A stretch of DNA of 51,238 nucleotides from Bacteroidota bacterium (GCA_030706225.1 JAUZOW010000002.1:1-51238); one strand, 5' to 3'; counted from the first letter of the stretch, positions 18,985 to 27,399 are shown. The notes: generated by a model from the letters alone, not told the origin. Translations and numbers: made by a program.

Positions 18985-18992
18985 TATATTTG
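18985..18992 (+). promoter_or_regulatory. Candidate -7 promoter box (TATATTTG) for the ferredoxin gene
   Basis: Exact match to TAnnTTTG, 60 nt upstream of the ATG at 19052. Confidence 0.45.
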
Positions 18993-19017
18993 CATTGTAA
19001 TAAAAATCATTAACCCA

Positions 19018-19047
19018 GTCCGCCTTAGGCGGGCATAAAATTTTTTT
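19018..19047 (+). promoter_or_regulatory. Leader hairpin plus T-run upstream of the ferredoxin gene
   Basis: 7-bp stem GUCCGCC/GGCGGGC (one G-U pair) with a 3-nt loop at 19018-19034. Followed by ATAAAA and T7 (19041-19047), ending 5 nt before the ATG. Confidence 0.35.
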
Positions 19048-19051
19048 AGTC

Positions 19052-19219
19052 ATGGCTTACAAAATCAATGAAGATTGCACTGCTTGTGGAACTTGCATCG
19101 ATGAATGTCCGGTTGAAGCAATATCCGAAGGTGATATTTATAAAATCAATCCGGAACTTTGCACAGAATGCGGCTCTTGTGCCGATGTTTGTCCGGTAGA
19201 AGCAATTCACCCGGAATAA
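19052..19219 (+). CDS. 2x[4Fe-4S] clostridial-type ferredoxin (55 aa; below the ORF-track cutoff)
   Basis: My translation is MAYKINEDCTACGTCIDECPVEAISEGDIYKINPELCTECGSCADVCPVEAIHPE*. It has two CxxCxxCxxxCP motifs, its own promoter box and a terminator. Confidence 0.9.
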   Translation: MAYKINEDCTACGTCIDECPVEAISEGDIYKINPELCTECGSCADVCPVEAIHPE

Positions 19220-19233
19220 TAAGTCCAGGAAAT

Positions 19234-19269
19234 AAAAAAAAAAGCCGTCCTTAAAGACGGCTTTTTTTT
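19234..19269. terminator. Bidirectional rho-independent terminator
   Basis: Stem AAGCCGTC (19242-19249) / GACGGCTT (19256-19263), flanked by an A-run (19234-19243) and a T-run (19262-19269). Lies between the convergent ferredoxin and lpxH genes. Confidence 0.8.
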
Positions 19270-20077
19270 ATTCTTTTGAGACCGGGATCTCCATTTTTTG
19301 AGGTAGATAAATTTCTTTCGGATCTGTAAAATTCATCAGCTTTACATCGGTTCCGTCGAATACCGCATACGTGAAATGTGTCAGCCAGTCACCCAGACTG
19401 ATTTGATGGCATGTGTCTGTAAGCTGGATATCCCATGGAGTATGCCAGTGTCCATAAATGAAGTAATCGATTCCCGGATGACTTTTTAAGATTTCCAGGG
19501 AATGAACTGTAAGCCGCGACCGGATCAACTTTCTGTCAAGCTGTTCCCGGTTATTCTTTGATTGGTTTGCATAACGGCTCTTCCTCGACCAATACAGTCC
19601 CAACCGGATTCCCCAATCGGGATGGAGCCACCGGAAAAGCCATTGATTAAACCGGCACTGAAATACTCTTTTTATGAATTTATAACCATAATCTCCGGGT
19701 CCTAACCCATCCCCATGTCCAATATAAAAGGTTTTTCCGTTAAAAATATGGAACTCCGGTGCACGGTGAAGAGTAATGTTCATTTCCTTCTCAAGATAAT
19801 CAAACGCCCACATATCGTGATTTCCCCGGAAAAGATGGATCCGGATCCCCTGGTCTGACAACGAGGCAAGCTTGCCTAAGAGCCTGATATAACCCCTCGG
19901 AACAACGGTTTTGTATTCAAACCAGAAATCAAAAAGATCACCCATAAGGTAAATCTCTGCAGCATCCTTCTTAACGGATTCAAGCCAGTTAATGAAAAGA
20001 TCCTCACGAACTTTACTCCTTTCCCTGTTGGGAATTCCGAAATGAAAATCTGAAATGAAATAAATATTCCCCTTCAT
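19268..20077 (-). CDS. lpxH: UDP-2,3-diacylglucosamine diphosphatase
   Basis: Calcineurin-like metallophosphoesterase motifs: 'ISDFHFG', 'GDLFDFW', 'GNHD', 'GHGD', 'GHWH'. Size is typical of LpxH. Confidence 0.85.
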   Translation of the reverse strand: MKGNIYFISDFHFGIPNRERSKVREDLFINWLESVKKDAAEIYLMGDLFDFWFEYKTVVPRGYIRLLGKLASLSDQGIRIHLFRGNHDMWAFDYLEKEMNITLHRAPEFHIFNGKTFYIGHGDGLGPGDYGYKFIKRVFQCRFNQWLFRWLHPDWGIRLGLYWSRKSRYANQSKNNREQLDRKLIRSRLTVHSLEILKSHPGIDYFIYGHWHTPWDIQLTDTCHQISLGDWLTHFTYAVFDGTDVKLMNFTDPKEIYLPQKMEIPVSKE

Positions 20078-20080
20078 GAA

Positions 20081-20827
20081 TCAGTTACCGTTTTTTTGAA
20101 TGGTTTTCCAGGCCATGACCCGCTTGTGATGAAAAATAACCTGTTCATTACCAGGATATTCTTTGCCTAACAAACTGTCGGTCTTCAGGAAAATCCCGGG
20201 ATTCCGTTCTATTTTCAGCAGGCTTTGTCCGCCAAAGGTATAGTTTAATACGATCAGTGAAGCAAGAGCATTCGGGTTTTTAATTAAAAATTCCATCTGT
20301 AATGCCCTTTGTTCCTCAGCAATTTTATCAAACAGCGTATCGCAGTGGAGACTTATTTTGTAAAAATCCGAAGTATTGGCATACGATCTCAAATCGCTGA
20401 CCAGCGAATCGGACCGGATCTCATTCTTGCGGGCAGCACGGAAAAATGATTCCAGCATCCCGGATTCCGGAGAACCGCTGATGTGATAGTCCCAGATCCC
20501 TTTTTGATCGGTAGCATTCAAAATTATTTTTTCCCCCGGCTTGACAGAAAGGATAACATGATTCCCTTTATTGTTGCAGATCATGAAAAAGCCGGGTTCC
20601 TGAACTTTTATCGATGTGGAAAATTCGTTTTTGTCATTGACAGCAATTGAATCCACGGGAACCATTCCCACGGGATGGATCGCAAAGATTACGAGTTTGC
20701 CCGTTGACGGAAAATTACCGGAAATGAAGACTTTTTGTCCATCTTTTGATGTACAGGAAAAAAGAAAGAAGATAGCAAGATAGCAAGCTAACAGAGGGAT
20801 AAGCCGGTGTTTTAGTTTATTTTGCAT
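20081..20827 (-). CDS. Lipoprotein with a DUF4369-like N-terminal domain
   Basis: Has a lipobox 'FLFSC' and an N-terminal beta-rich segment 'KVFISGNF...KLVIFAI...NDKNEFSTSIKVQEPGFF'. There is no CxxC motif and no thioredoxin domain. Confidence 0.55.
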   Translation of the reverse strand: MQNKLKHRLIPLLACYLAIFFLFSCTSKDGQKVFISGNFPSTGKLVIFAIHPVGMVPVDSIAVNDKNEFSTSIKVQEPGFFMICNNKGNHVILSVKPGEKIILNATDQKGIWDYHISGSPESGMLESFFRAARKNEIRSDSLVSDLRSYANTSDFYKISLHCDTLFDKIAEEQRALQMEFLIKNPNALASLIVLNYTFGGQSLLKIERNPGIFLKTDSLLGKEYPGNEQVIFHHKRVMAWKTIQKNGN

Positions 20828-20848
20828 GCAAAATTTTTTAACTATAAA

Positions 20849-21526
20849 TCAATCAGACGATTGTTTTATTCCGCGCACCATATGTCTTTTCCCGGGCGGA
20901 CCGGGAAGCCTTTCGATTCTGAATCCGGAGTTTCTCAACGCTTGTTTTACGGTTCCTTTGGCGGAATAAGTAACCAGGATACCTTCCGGCTTCATAGATT
21001 TACCGATCATACCGAATAACTCCGGAGTCCATAATTCCGGCTGAACTTCCGGGCCAAAAGCATCGAAGTATACCAGATCAAAATAATGTTCTTTTAGTGA
21101 AACCTTTTCCAGAGTCTGGCTAATCTTATGAAGGGTAAAACCTTTACAGATTTGGGTTTTTATATTTGATGGAGCATGGAGAATTTCTTCAAATACTTTT
21201 TTCTCCCCGGGTTCAGATTCTTTTGTATAGTTCAGAGAAAGGATTTCGTCCGGATCCGGTGGAAATGGTTCCAGTGCAGTATAATCTACGGAAATACCTT
21301 TTTTAATTGCCGAGCAGCAGGTGAGCCAGATGTTTAAACCAGTTCCGGAGCCCATTTCAAATAGGCTGATCTTGTCTTTCCCGGTTATGGCCAAATCAAA
21401 TCCGGCATGGATAAAGACATGCATGGATTCAGTAACGGCCCCGAAACGTGAATGATAGCATTCATTCAACTCCGGCAGGAAGATGGTAGAAGAACCATCA
21501 CCGGTAGGAATTTTTTGTCTTTCCAT
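20849..21526 (-). CDS. mnmD: tRNA (mnm5s2U34) methyltransferase MnmD (standalone MnmC methyltransferase domain)
   Basis: Motifs: 'DGSSTIFLPELNECYHSRFGAVTES', the SAM motif 'EMGSGTGLN', 'YFDAFGPEVQPELWT' and 'PGPPGKRHM'. I chose the ATG at 21526; the listed 21628 start is a TTG. Confidence 0.8.
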   Translation of the reverse strand: MERQKIPTGDGSSTIFLPELNECYHSRFGAVTESMHVFIHAGFDLAITGKDKISLFEMGSGTGLNIWLTCCSAIKKGISVDYTALEPFPPDPDEILSLNYTKESEPGEKKVFEEILHAPSNIKTQICKGFTLHKISQTLEKVSLKEHYFDLVYFDAFGPEVQPELWTPELFGMIGKSMKPEGILVTYSAKGTVKQALRNSGFRIERLPGPPGKRHMVRGIKQSSD

Positions 21527-21617
21527 TGGAAGGCGAAGATAGGGAAAAAGAGGAAGGAGGAGGAAAGGATGGGGTATGTTTTTGGGAATTGAAGTTGATT
21601 TTAAGGTTTTAATCAGA

Positions 21618-22373
21618 TTAATCTCCAATGGCTTCTATTCCAAATAATGCAAAATCATACTTTACGGGGTCTTCCGGATCGAATTCCCGGAGTTTTGTCG
21701 TCAGTTCTTCCACGGCTTTCCAGTCGTTGGATTTACGGGTTAATATTCCCAGGTAACGGGCGGTATTGCCGCTATGGACATCCAACGGGCAGAAAAGATC
21801 TGCAGTCCGCATTTTCTTCCATAGTCCGAAATCCACGCCACATCCGTCATCCCTTACCATCCAGCGAAGGAACATGTTGACACGCTTGGCTGTAGAGCCG
21901 TGGGAAGGATCTGCTAAATGTTTTTCAACATGGGGAGAATGTTCAATACTGAAGAAAAGTTTACGGAATTGAACGATAGCTTCTTTGATACCGGCTCCGG
22001 GATTCATGGAAAAAGCAGCTTCCAGTCCACCATGATTTTGATAAATGTTTTTCAGGGAAGAGATAAAGAAAACAGCGTCTTCTCCGTTGAATGTACGATG
22101 GACAAAACGGTGAATAGGTTTCAGATCCTGAGGTGAGGCATGGGTAATAAAATCAAAAGGCCGGTCATCCATCATATGGATTAACCGGCCTGAATTTTTA
22201 ATGATACTTTTCCGTTTACCCCACGAAAGGGTGGAGGTCAGAAAAGCCGAGATTTCGATATCTTCTTTTCGTTCGAACAGATGCGGAACGGAAACAGGAT
22301 CACATTCAATAAAAGAAGGGTTATTGTACTGGATATATTTTTGGTCGAGGAAAGCTTTTAATTCCTCATTCAT
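21618..22373 (-). CDS. TIGR02757/DUF2400-family protein (function unknown)
   Basis: Motifs: 'FLTSTLSWGKRKSI', 'AKRVNMFLRWMVRDDG.VDFGLW', 'PLDVHSGNTAR'. The family assignment is from memory. I chose the ATG at 22373; 22385 is a TTG. Confidence 0.6.
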   Translation of the reverse strand: MNEELKAFLDQKYIQYNNPSFIECDPVSVPHLFERKEDIEISAFLTSTLSWGKRKSIIKNSGRLIHMMDDRPFDFITHASPQDLKPIHRFVHRTFNGEDAVFFISSLKNIYQNHGGLEAAFSMNPGAGIKEAIVQFRKLFFSIEHSPHVEKHLADPSHGSTAKRVNMFLRWMVRDDGCGVDFGLWKKMRTADLFCPLDVHSGNTARYLGILTRKSNDWKAVEELTTKLREFDPEDPVKYDFALFGIEAIGD

Positions 22374-22398
22374 TGTCCGATACAATAAAGTGCTTGTT

Positions 22399-22950
22399 TT
22401 ATAAAACCTGTTCCGGAGTCAGCAGCGACTTCCCGAGCTCGATAGCTTTTTCGTTTTCGGGGATCAGGTTGTGGTGCCGTTTCGGTAACGATTTTTCCAG
22501 TCCTTTATGAATGTTTTCAGGATTCACCAGAGGTTTCATTTTAAGGAAGCCTCCGAGAACGATCATATTGAATATTTTCGACAGGCCTAATTCACCGGCT
22601 TTGTCGGTAGCGGATATCGAATAAATATTGATATCTTTCCGGGAAGGCTTACGGGTAATACCATTCGGATCATAGATCAGCAGTCCGCCTTTTTTAACGG
22701 ATTTTTCGAATTTATCCATGGATTGCTGGTTCAGAATGATTGCGGTATCAAATTCGTTCAGGATTGGGGAACTTATTCTTTCATCGCTGATAATGACCGT
22801 CACATTAGCTGTACCTCCACGCATTTCAGGTCCGTAAGAAGGCATCCAGCTAACTTCCTTATTCTGCATAACTCCTGAATAAGCCAGGATTTTTCCCATT
22901 GAGAGAACTCCTTGTCCGCCAAACCCTGCTATAATTATCTCTTCAGTCAT
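22399..22950 (-). CDS. 2-oxoacid:ferredoxin oxidoreductase, gamma subunit
   Basis: 'IIIAGFGGQGVLSMGKIL' is the typical OFOR gamma N-terminus. 183 aa. Confidence 0.88.
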   Translation of the reverse strand: MTEEIIIAGFGGQGVLSMGKILAYSGVMQNKEVSWMPSYGPEMRGGTANVTVIISDERISSPILNEFDTAIILNQQSMDKFEKSVKKGGLLIYDPNGITRKPSRKDINIYSISATDKAGELGLSKIFNMIVLGGFLKMKPLVNPENIHKGLEKSLPKRHHNLIPENEKAIELGKSLLTPEQVL

Positions 22951-22985
22951 CTTTTTACAAATTAAAAATTAGGAATTTTTCATTT

Positions 22986-23016
22986 TTCGCTACTTCGCTA
23001 TTTTGCTGTTTCGCTA
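22986..23016. repeat. Three copies of TTCGCTA (TAGCGAA on the coding strand) in the beta-gamma spacer
   Basis: Copies at 22986-22992, 22994-23000 and 23010-23016. The last copy includes the beta-subunit stop codon. Confidence 0.6.
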
Positions 23017-23808
23017 CTTTTTTTCAACAAGTTTCCCATCCACTTTAAGATCACCCAGTGGGTAGAAGGGGAACATGTTTTCTTCCATCCATTTATTAGC
23101 CTGGTTGGGAGTCATCTTCCATCCGGAATTGCAGTTGGATACGATTTCCACGAAGGAAACGCCTTTATTCAGCTTCTGGTTTTCCATAGCCATGCGGATA
23201 GCTTTTTTAGCTCTTCTGGCGTTGACAGGAGTATGAACGGATTGGCGTGTCACGAAGTAAGTTCCGGGTAATTGAGAGATAAGTTCAGTGATTTTCAGTG
23301 GGTTACCCATGATTTTTACATCACGTCCGTAAGGACATGTAGCCGTACGCATACCTTCCAGCGTAGTAGGAGCCATCTGACCACCGGTCATGCCATAAAT
23401 TGCGTTGTTGATGAAGATGATTGTAATATTTTCACCACGGTTGCAGGCATGAATAGTTTCTGCAGTACCGATTGCAGCGAGGTCACCATCGCCCTGGTAT
23501 GTAAATACAAAATGATCAGGCCAAAGGCGTTTGATGGCAGTAGCCAGTGCGGGAGCACGTCCATGAGCAGCACCCAGCATATCGATATTCATGAAATCAT
23601 AAGCAAGGACAGAACAACCAACCGGTGAAATACCGATGGTTTTATCCTGGATACCCATTTCTTCGATGGTTTCCATCAAAATACGGTTGGCGACGCCATG
23701 ACCGCATCCCGGGCAATAGCTGAGCGGGCGGTCTACAAGCAGATCAGTACGTTTATAAACGATATTTTCTGGCTTGCGTATATCAAGTTTTGCAAAAGCT
23801 TCTTCCAT
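23014..23808 (-). CDS. 2-oxoacid:ferredoxin oxidoreductase, beta (TPP-binding) subunit
   Basis: Has 'YCPGCGHGV' and the TPP motif 'GDGDLAAIG'. The ATG at 23808 lies 1 nt after the alpha stop; the listed 23895 start is a TTG inside alpha. Confidence 0.88.
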   Translation of the reverse strand: MEEAFAKLDIRKPENIVYKRTDLLVDRPLSYCPGCGHGVANRILMETIEEMGIQDKTIGISPVGCSVLAYDFMNIDMLGAAHGRAPALATAIKRLWPDHFVFTYQGDGDLAAIGTAETIHACNRGENITIIFINNAIYGMTGGQMAPTTLEGMRTATCPYGRDVKIMGNPLKITELISQLPGTYFVTRQSVHTPVNARRAKKAIRMAMENQKLNKGVSFVEIVSNCNSGWKMTPNQANKWMEENMFPFYPLGDLKVDGKLVEKK

Positions 23809-23809
23809 A

Positions 23810-24892
23810 TCAGCCTCCGATAATTTTTTGTTCAAGAGCTCTGACGACTTCATCCGGAGTTGGAATGATTCCGCCAAAACGTCCATAATGTTCAATTTTA
23901 ATCTGGTTACCAGCCGAGAGTCTGACGTCTTCTATCATTTGTCCGGCATTCATTTCAACAACCAGCATCCCTTTGACTTTCTTTGCCAAAGCAGCGATCT
24001 GTTTTGTCGGGAAAGGATAAAGAGTTATCGGGCGGAACAAGCCAATCTTGATTCCTTTTTCCCGTGCGAGTTCGATTGATTTCTGGCAAATACGTGCAGA
24101 AAGGCCGAAAGCTACGAAAAGATATTCAGCATCATCGCACTGGATTTCTTCAAACCGCACTTCATTTTCTTCCATTTGTTTATACTTTGCCTGCAGTTTC
24201 AGGTTAACTTTTTCCTGTCCTGCCGGATCAAGGTCGAGGGAAGTAATGATGATATGATCGCGTTCTTTCTTTTTACCGGTAGCTGCCCAGGGGCATTGGC
24301 TGATCAATTCTTCATTGGTACGTCTTGGGATGGGATCGAAAAGATTTACTTTTTCCATCATTTGACCGATGGCTCCATCGGAAAGAATCATTGCCGGGTT
24401 TCTGTATTTAAATGCAAGGTCGAATCCAAGCTTTACAAAGTCACACATTTCCTGAACAGAAGCAGGTGCAAGAACGATCAATTTATAATCGCCATGACCG
24501 CCACCTTTAACAGCCTGGAAATAGTCAGCCTGTGAAGGCTGGATGGTTCCCAGTCCGGGGCCGCCTCTGACAACGTTCACAAGTAAAGCGGGCAGTTCAG
24601 CACCGGCCATATATGTAATACCTTCCTGCATAAGGCTGATGCCAGGACTGGATGAAGAGGTCATGACCATTTTTCCTGTACCTCCGCCACCATAAAGCAT
24701 ATTGATGGAAGCTACTTCGCTTTCAGCCTGTAATACGACCATTCCTGTCGTTTCATAAGGCTTTGCCATCATCAAATATTCCAGGATTTCAGACTGGGGT
24801 GTAATGGGATATCCGAAATACCCGTCACAACCGGCACGGATCGCTGCTTCTGCAACGGCCTCATTGCCTTTCATTAATCGTAATTCACCCAT
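23810..24892 (-). CDS. 2-oxoacid:ferredoxin oxidoreductase, alpha subunit
   Basis: Has 'GYPITPQSEILEY' and is 360 aa. Located between the delta and beta subunits. Confidence 0.88.
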   Translation of the reverse strand: MGELRLMKGNEAVAEAAIRAGCDGYFGYPITPQSEILEYLMMAKPYETTGMVVLQAESEVASINMLYGGGGTGKMVMTSSSSPGISLMQEGITYMAGAELPALLVNVVRGGPGLGTIQPSQADYFQAVKGGGHGDYKLIVLAPASVQEMCDFVKLGFDLAFKYRNPAMILSDGAIGQMMEKVNLFDPIPRRTNEELISQCPWAATGKKKERDHIIITSLDLDPAGQEKVNLKLQAKYKQMEENEVRFEEIQCDDAEYLFVAFGLSARICQKSIELAREKGIKIGLFRPITLYPFPTKQIAALAKKVKGMLVVEMNAGQMIEDVRLSAGNQIKIEHYGRFGGIIPTPDEVVRALEQKIIGG

Positions 24893-24917
24893 GGGTAGTA
24901 TTTTTAATTTTTAATTC

Positions 24918-25142
24918 TTACTCAGTTTTTGCACGATAAACTGTGATCACGCCATCGGGGCAAACCACAGCACAATTGGTACAACCGGTACAATCATTGT
25001 TAACCTTAACGGCATAATGATACCCCTTGCTGTTTACCTCTTTTGCCATGGCGATGACATGGAACGGACATGCAGTCATACATACTTCACATCCTTTGCA
25101 CCTTTCGATATTGATTACGATATCACCCTTGACTTTTGCCAT
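24918..25142 (-). CDS. 4Fe-4S dicluster ferredoxin-like delta subunit of the OFOR
   Basis: Two cluster motifs, 'CKGCEVCMTACP' and 'CTGCTNCAVVCP'. 74 aa; first gene of the delta-alpha-beta-gamma set. Confidence 0.88.
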   Translation of the reverse strand: MAKVKGDIVINIERCKGCEVCMTACPFHVIAMAKEVNSKGYHYAVKVNNDCTGCTNCAVVCPDGVITVYRAKTE

Positions 25143-25320
25143 AATTACACAAAATTTAGAAATTATATTTCATTAGAGTTACGAAGTTCTGAAAAATTCC
25201 TGAGACTGAGGTCATCAAATAACCTTTTTTTTGAACGGACTTGCACTATTTAGAACGTGTTTATTCAATTGAAATCAGGCAAATCCTTTGTGAATCAGGA
25301 CTTTTTGATCGAGTGTGATT

Positions 25321-26640
25321 TTACCCGACCGGATGCTGTTCTTGGAATTTCTTCAGGCGCTCTTCCAGCGCAGGGAACTGATCTCTTTGAACCAGTGAGA
25401 CACAGGCTCGGAGCCCTTCTTTCCGTTCACTGCCGGTAATCGAAAGTGAAATGGCGCTGACACCGTAATAAAGCAGCTCTTTTAACAACTCTTCACCTGT
25501 AAAACCCGGATAACCGAAAGTGAAATAAAAGCCATCACCTACGGGTACATTTTCATCTTTATCGTAAACAATATTGAATCCGTTATCAGTAAACAGCTTT
25601 TTCATGATATAGGCTTTCTCACCATATTCCCTGAGGTCTTTTATAAAATTATAAGTACCGTCGTTGGCAGCTTTCAGCATAGCCGCAAAAGCATACTGAA
25701 CGGAATGGCTTGTTCCGGAACTAAGAGCATAGATTGTTCCATAGATCATAGCCCGGCCGAAGATATCGGTCGAAAAATAATTTAAAAGATCCGGAGCTTT
25801 CTGATTAAAGAGCTTTGGAGAAATAACCATCGCGGAAATACGTTGACCGGCATAGCTGAAAGCTTTTGAGCCGGAGATCAGGAGAATGAAGTTGTCCGTA
25901 TACTTGGCGATTGTAGGTTGAAAGGGAGGTTGTCCGGGTCTGGAATAATCCTTACGGAAATCCATTCCGAAATAGGCCAGATCTTCCAGAATTACAATGT
26001 CGTATTTGTCTGCAAGCTCAGCAATGATCTGCAATTCTTTTTGATTGAGACAGATCCAGGAAGGATTGTTCGGGTTCGAATACAGGATGGAATGAATATT
26101 TCCCTTGGAAAGATAAGATTCCAGCTTGTCTTTGAGCTTATCTCCACGGAAATTGTACACATCAAAGGATTCCAGCTTTTGGCCGAGAACATGATGTTGC
26201 TGGCGATAAACCGGAAAACCGGGATCAATGAAAAGGGTAGTATCTTTTCCTGCTTTCATTCTTCCCAGTGTGAGAAATGCGGCAAATCCGCCTTGCATGG
26301 AACCGACAGTCGGTACGCAATCTTCTTCATCCACGTTAATGTCAAGAAAAAGCTTTACAAACCTTGCAACTTCATGTTTTAAAGACGGGATTCCCTCGAT
26401 GTCAGGGTAAATGGATGCAACACCATGCTTCAATGCTTCTATTTCTGCTTCAACGCCAATTTGAGAAGGAGGTAGGCCCGGGACACCCATCTCCATCCGT
26501 ACGAATTTTTCGCCGGTTTCATCTTCAATGTTGTTGATCAATCTTTTGATCTCCCGGATCGATGCCGTTCCGATGTTCTGGATCTTGCTTTCCCTGATCT
26601 TACGGCTAACGACTTCATAATTAATAGGAGTGTCTTTCAT
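25321..26640 (-). CDS. PLP-dependent aminotransferase (class I/II)
   Basis: 'SGSKAFSYAGQRI' gives the PLP-lysine context; also 'NPNNPS'. I chose the ATG at 26640; the listed 26685 start is a TTG. Confidence 0.8.
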   Translation of the reverse strand: MKDTPINYEVVSRKIRESKIQNIGTASIREIKRLINNIEDETGEKFVRMEMGVPGLPPSQIGVEAEIEALKHGVASIYPDIEGIPSLKHEVARFVKLFLDINVDEEDCVPTVGSMQGGFAAFLTLGRMKAGKDTTLFIDPGFPVYRQQHHVLGQKLESFDVYNFRGDKLKDKLESYLSKGNIHSILYSNPNNPSWICLNQKELQIIAELADKYDIVILEDLAYFGMDFRKDYSRPGQPPFQPTIAKYTDNFILLISGSKAFSYAGQRISAMVISPKLFNQKAPDLLNYFSTDIFGRAMIYGTIYALSSGTSHSVQYAFAAMLKAANDGTYNFIKDLREYGEKAYIMKKLFTDNGFNIVYDKDENVPVGDGFYFTFGYPGFTGEELLKELLYYGVSAISLSITGSERKEGLRACVSLVQRDQFPALEERLKKFQEQHPVG

Positions 26641-26786
26641 ATCTTCAATTAAGAGAGAGATTGTTGAGTATAAATTTGATAACAAAATTCAAAAAAAAAT
26701 TGGAACTTTCCAACGGTCTTCGTTCAAAAAGTCCTTAAAAACAGGGGAATTGAAAGAAAGGAGTATGAAAATAAATTTTGTTCTGG

Positions 26787-27347
26787 TTAGTTCATCGTGG
26801 GATCGGAGGGAAAATTTGCCCAGATTGCATAGTCTTTTCCCATATTCTTCAGATAATTACTCCAGAGATGTTCGGGTTGACTGGCAATGACATCCCGGGC
26901 TGTGGTATGTGATAAAACCCATGATCTTTCACTGATCTCGCGATCAAGCTGAGATGGATTCCAACCCGCATAGCCAATAAAGAAACGGATTTCGTTCATG
27001 GATAATTTATGAGATTTCATCAATTTCCGGATGATCTGGATATCACCACCCCAATAAAGCCCTTCCATGATCCGGAGGCTGTTTGCTACATTTTTCCGGG
27101 TATGAATAAAGAAAAGGCTGTCGGTTTTAACCGGCCCTCCAAGAAAGACCGGTGCATCGAAATCCGGAAGATCTTTCAGAACCTCGTTAAGCCTGACCTC
27201 AATAGGTTTGTTGATGATCACCCCGAAAGAGCCTTCCTCGTTGTGCTCAGCAAGCAAAACAACCGACTGCCGGAAATAAAAATCCCGGAGAGAAGGTTCG
27301 GAAATCAGGATGATTCCCTGTTTCGGCGCGATGATCGGCTTAACCAT
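26787..27347 (-). CDS. YqgE/AlgH-family protein (UPF0301)
   Basis: Motifs: 'ILISEPSLRDFYFRQSVVLLAEHNEEGSFGVIINKP', 'GGPV', 'GYAGWNPSQLDREI'. Confidence 0.85.
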   Translation of the reverse strand: MVKPIIAPKQGIILISEPSLRDFYFRQSVVLLAEHNEEGSFGVIINKPIEVRLNEVLKDLPDFDAPVFLGGPVKTDSLFFIHTRKNVANSLRIMEGLYWGGDIQIIRKLMKSHKLSMNEIRFFIGYAGWNPSQLDREISERSWVLSHTTARDVIASQPEHLWSNYLKNMGKDYAIWANFPSDPTMN

Positions 27348-27364
27348 TTTTCTCTATGAATTCG

Positions 27365-27372
27365 TATTTTTG
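27365..27372 (+). promoter_or_regulatory. Candidate -7 promoter box (TATTTTTG) for the murL-like operon
   Basis: Exact match to TAnnTTTG, 28 nt upstream of the TTG start at 27400. Confidence 0.4.
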
Positions 27373-27384
27373 TAACGTATTACA

Positions 27385-27392
27385 CAAAAATA
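27385..27392 (-). promoter_or_regulatory. Candidate -7 promoter box (TATTTTTG on minus strand) for yqgE-like gene
   Basis: Plus-strand CAAAAATA, 38 nt upstream of the ATG at 27347. Confidence 0.35.
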
Positions 27393-27399
27393 ATACCAT

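Noticed and set aside
18946-19038. 30-aa ORF (MKISGKNWILKKMYICIVIKIINPVRLRRA) in the korA/ferredoxin intergenic region.
   Set aside because: It spans the ferredoxin promoter box and leader hairpin and has no conserved features. It is most likely non-coding.
23809-23895. N-terminal extensions from alternative TTG/GTG starts. Cases: OFOR beta 23895, mnmD 21628, TIGR02757 22385, aminotransferase 26685, tilS 15829, Wzz-like 39564, FkbM 44771.
   Set aside because: These starts are non-ATG codons that overlap the upstream gene or a terminator. In-frame ATGs give N-termini typical of each family.
25143-25320. 178-nt gap between the aminotransferase stop and the OFOR delta start, examined for a promoter, terminator or sRNA. 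Includes a direct repeat of AATCAGG.
   Set aside because: I found no exact TAnnTTTG box on the minus strand and no convincing hairpin plus U-run. The 7-nt repeat is too short to be meaningful on its own.
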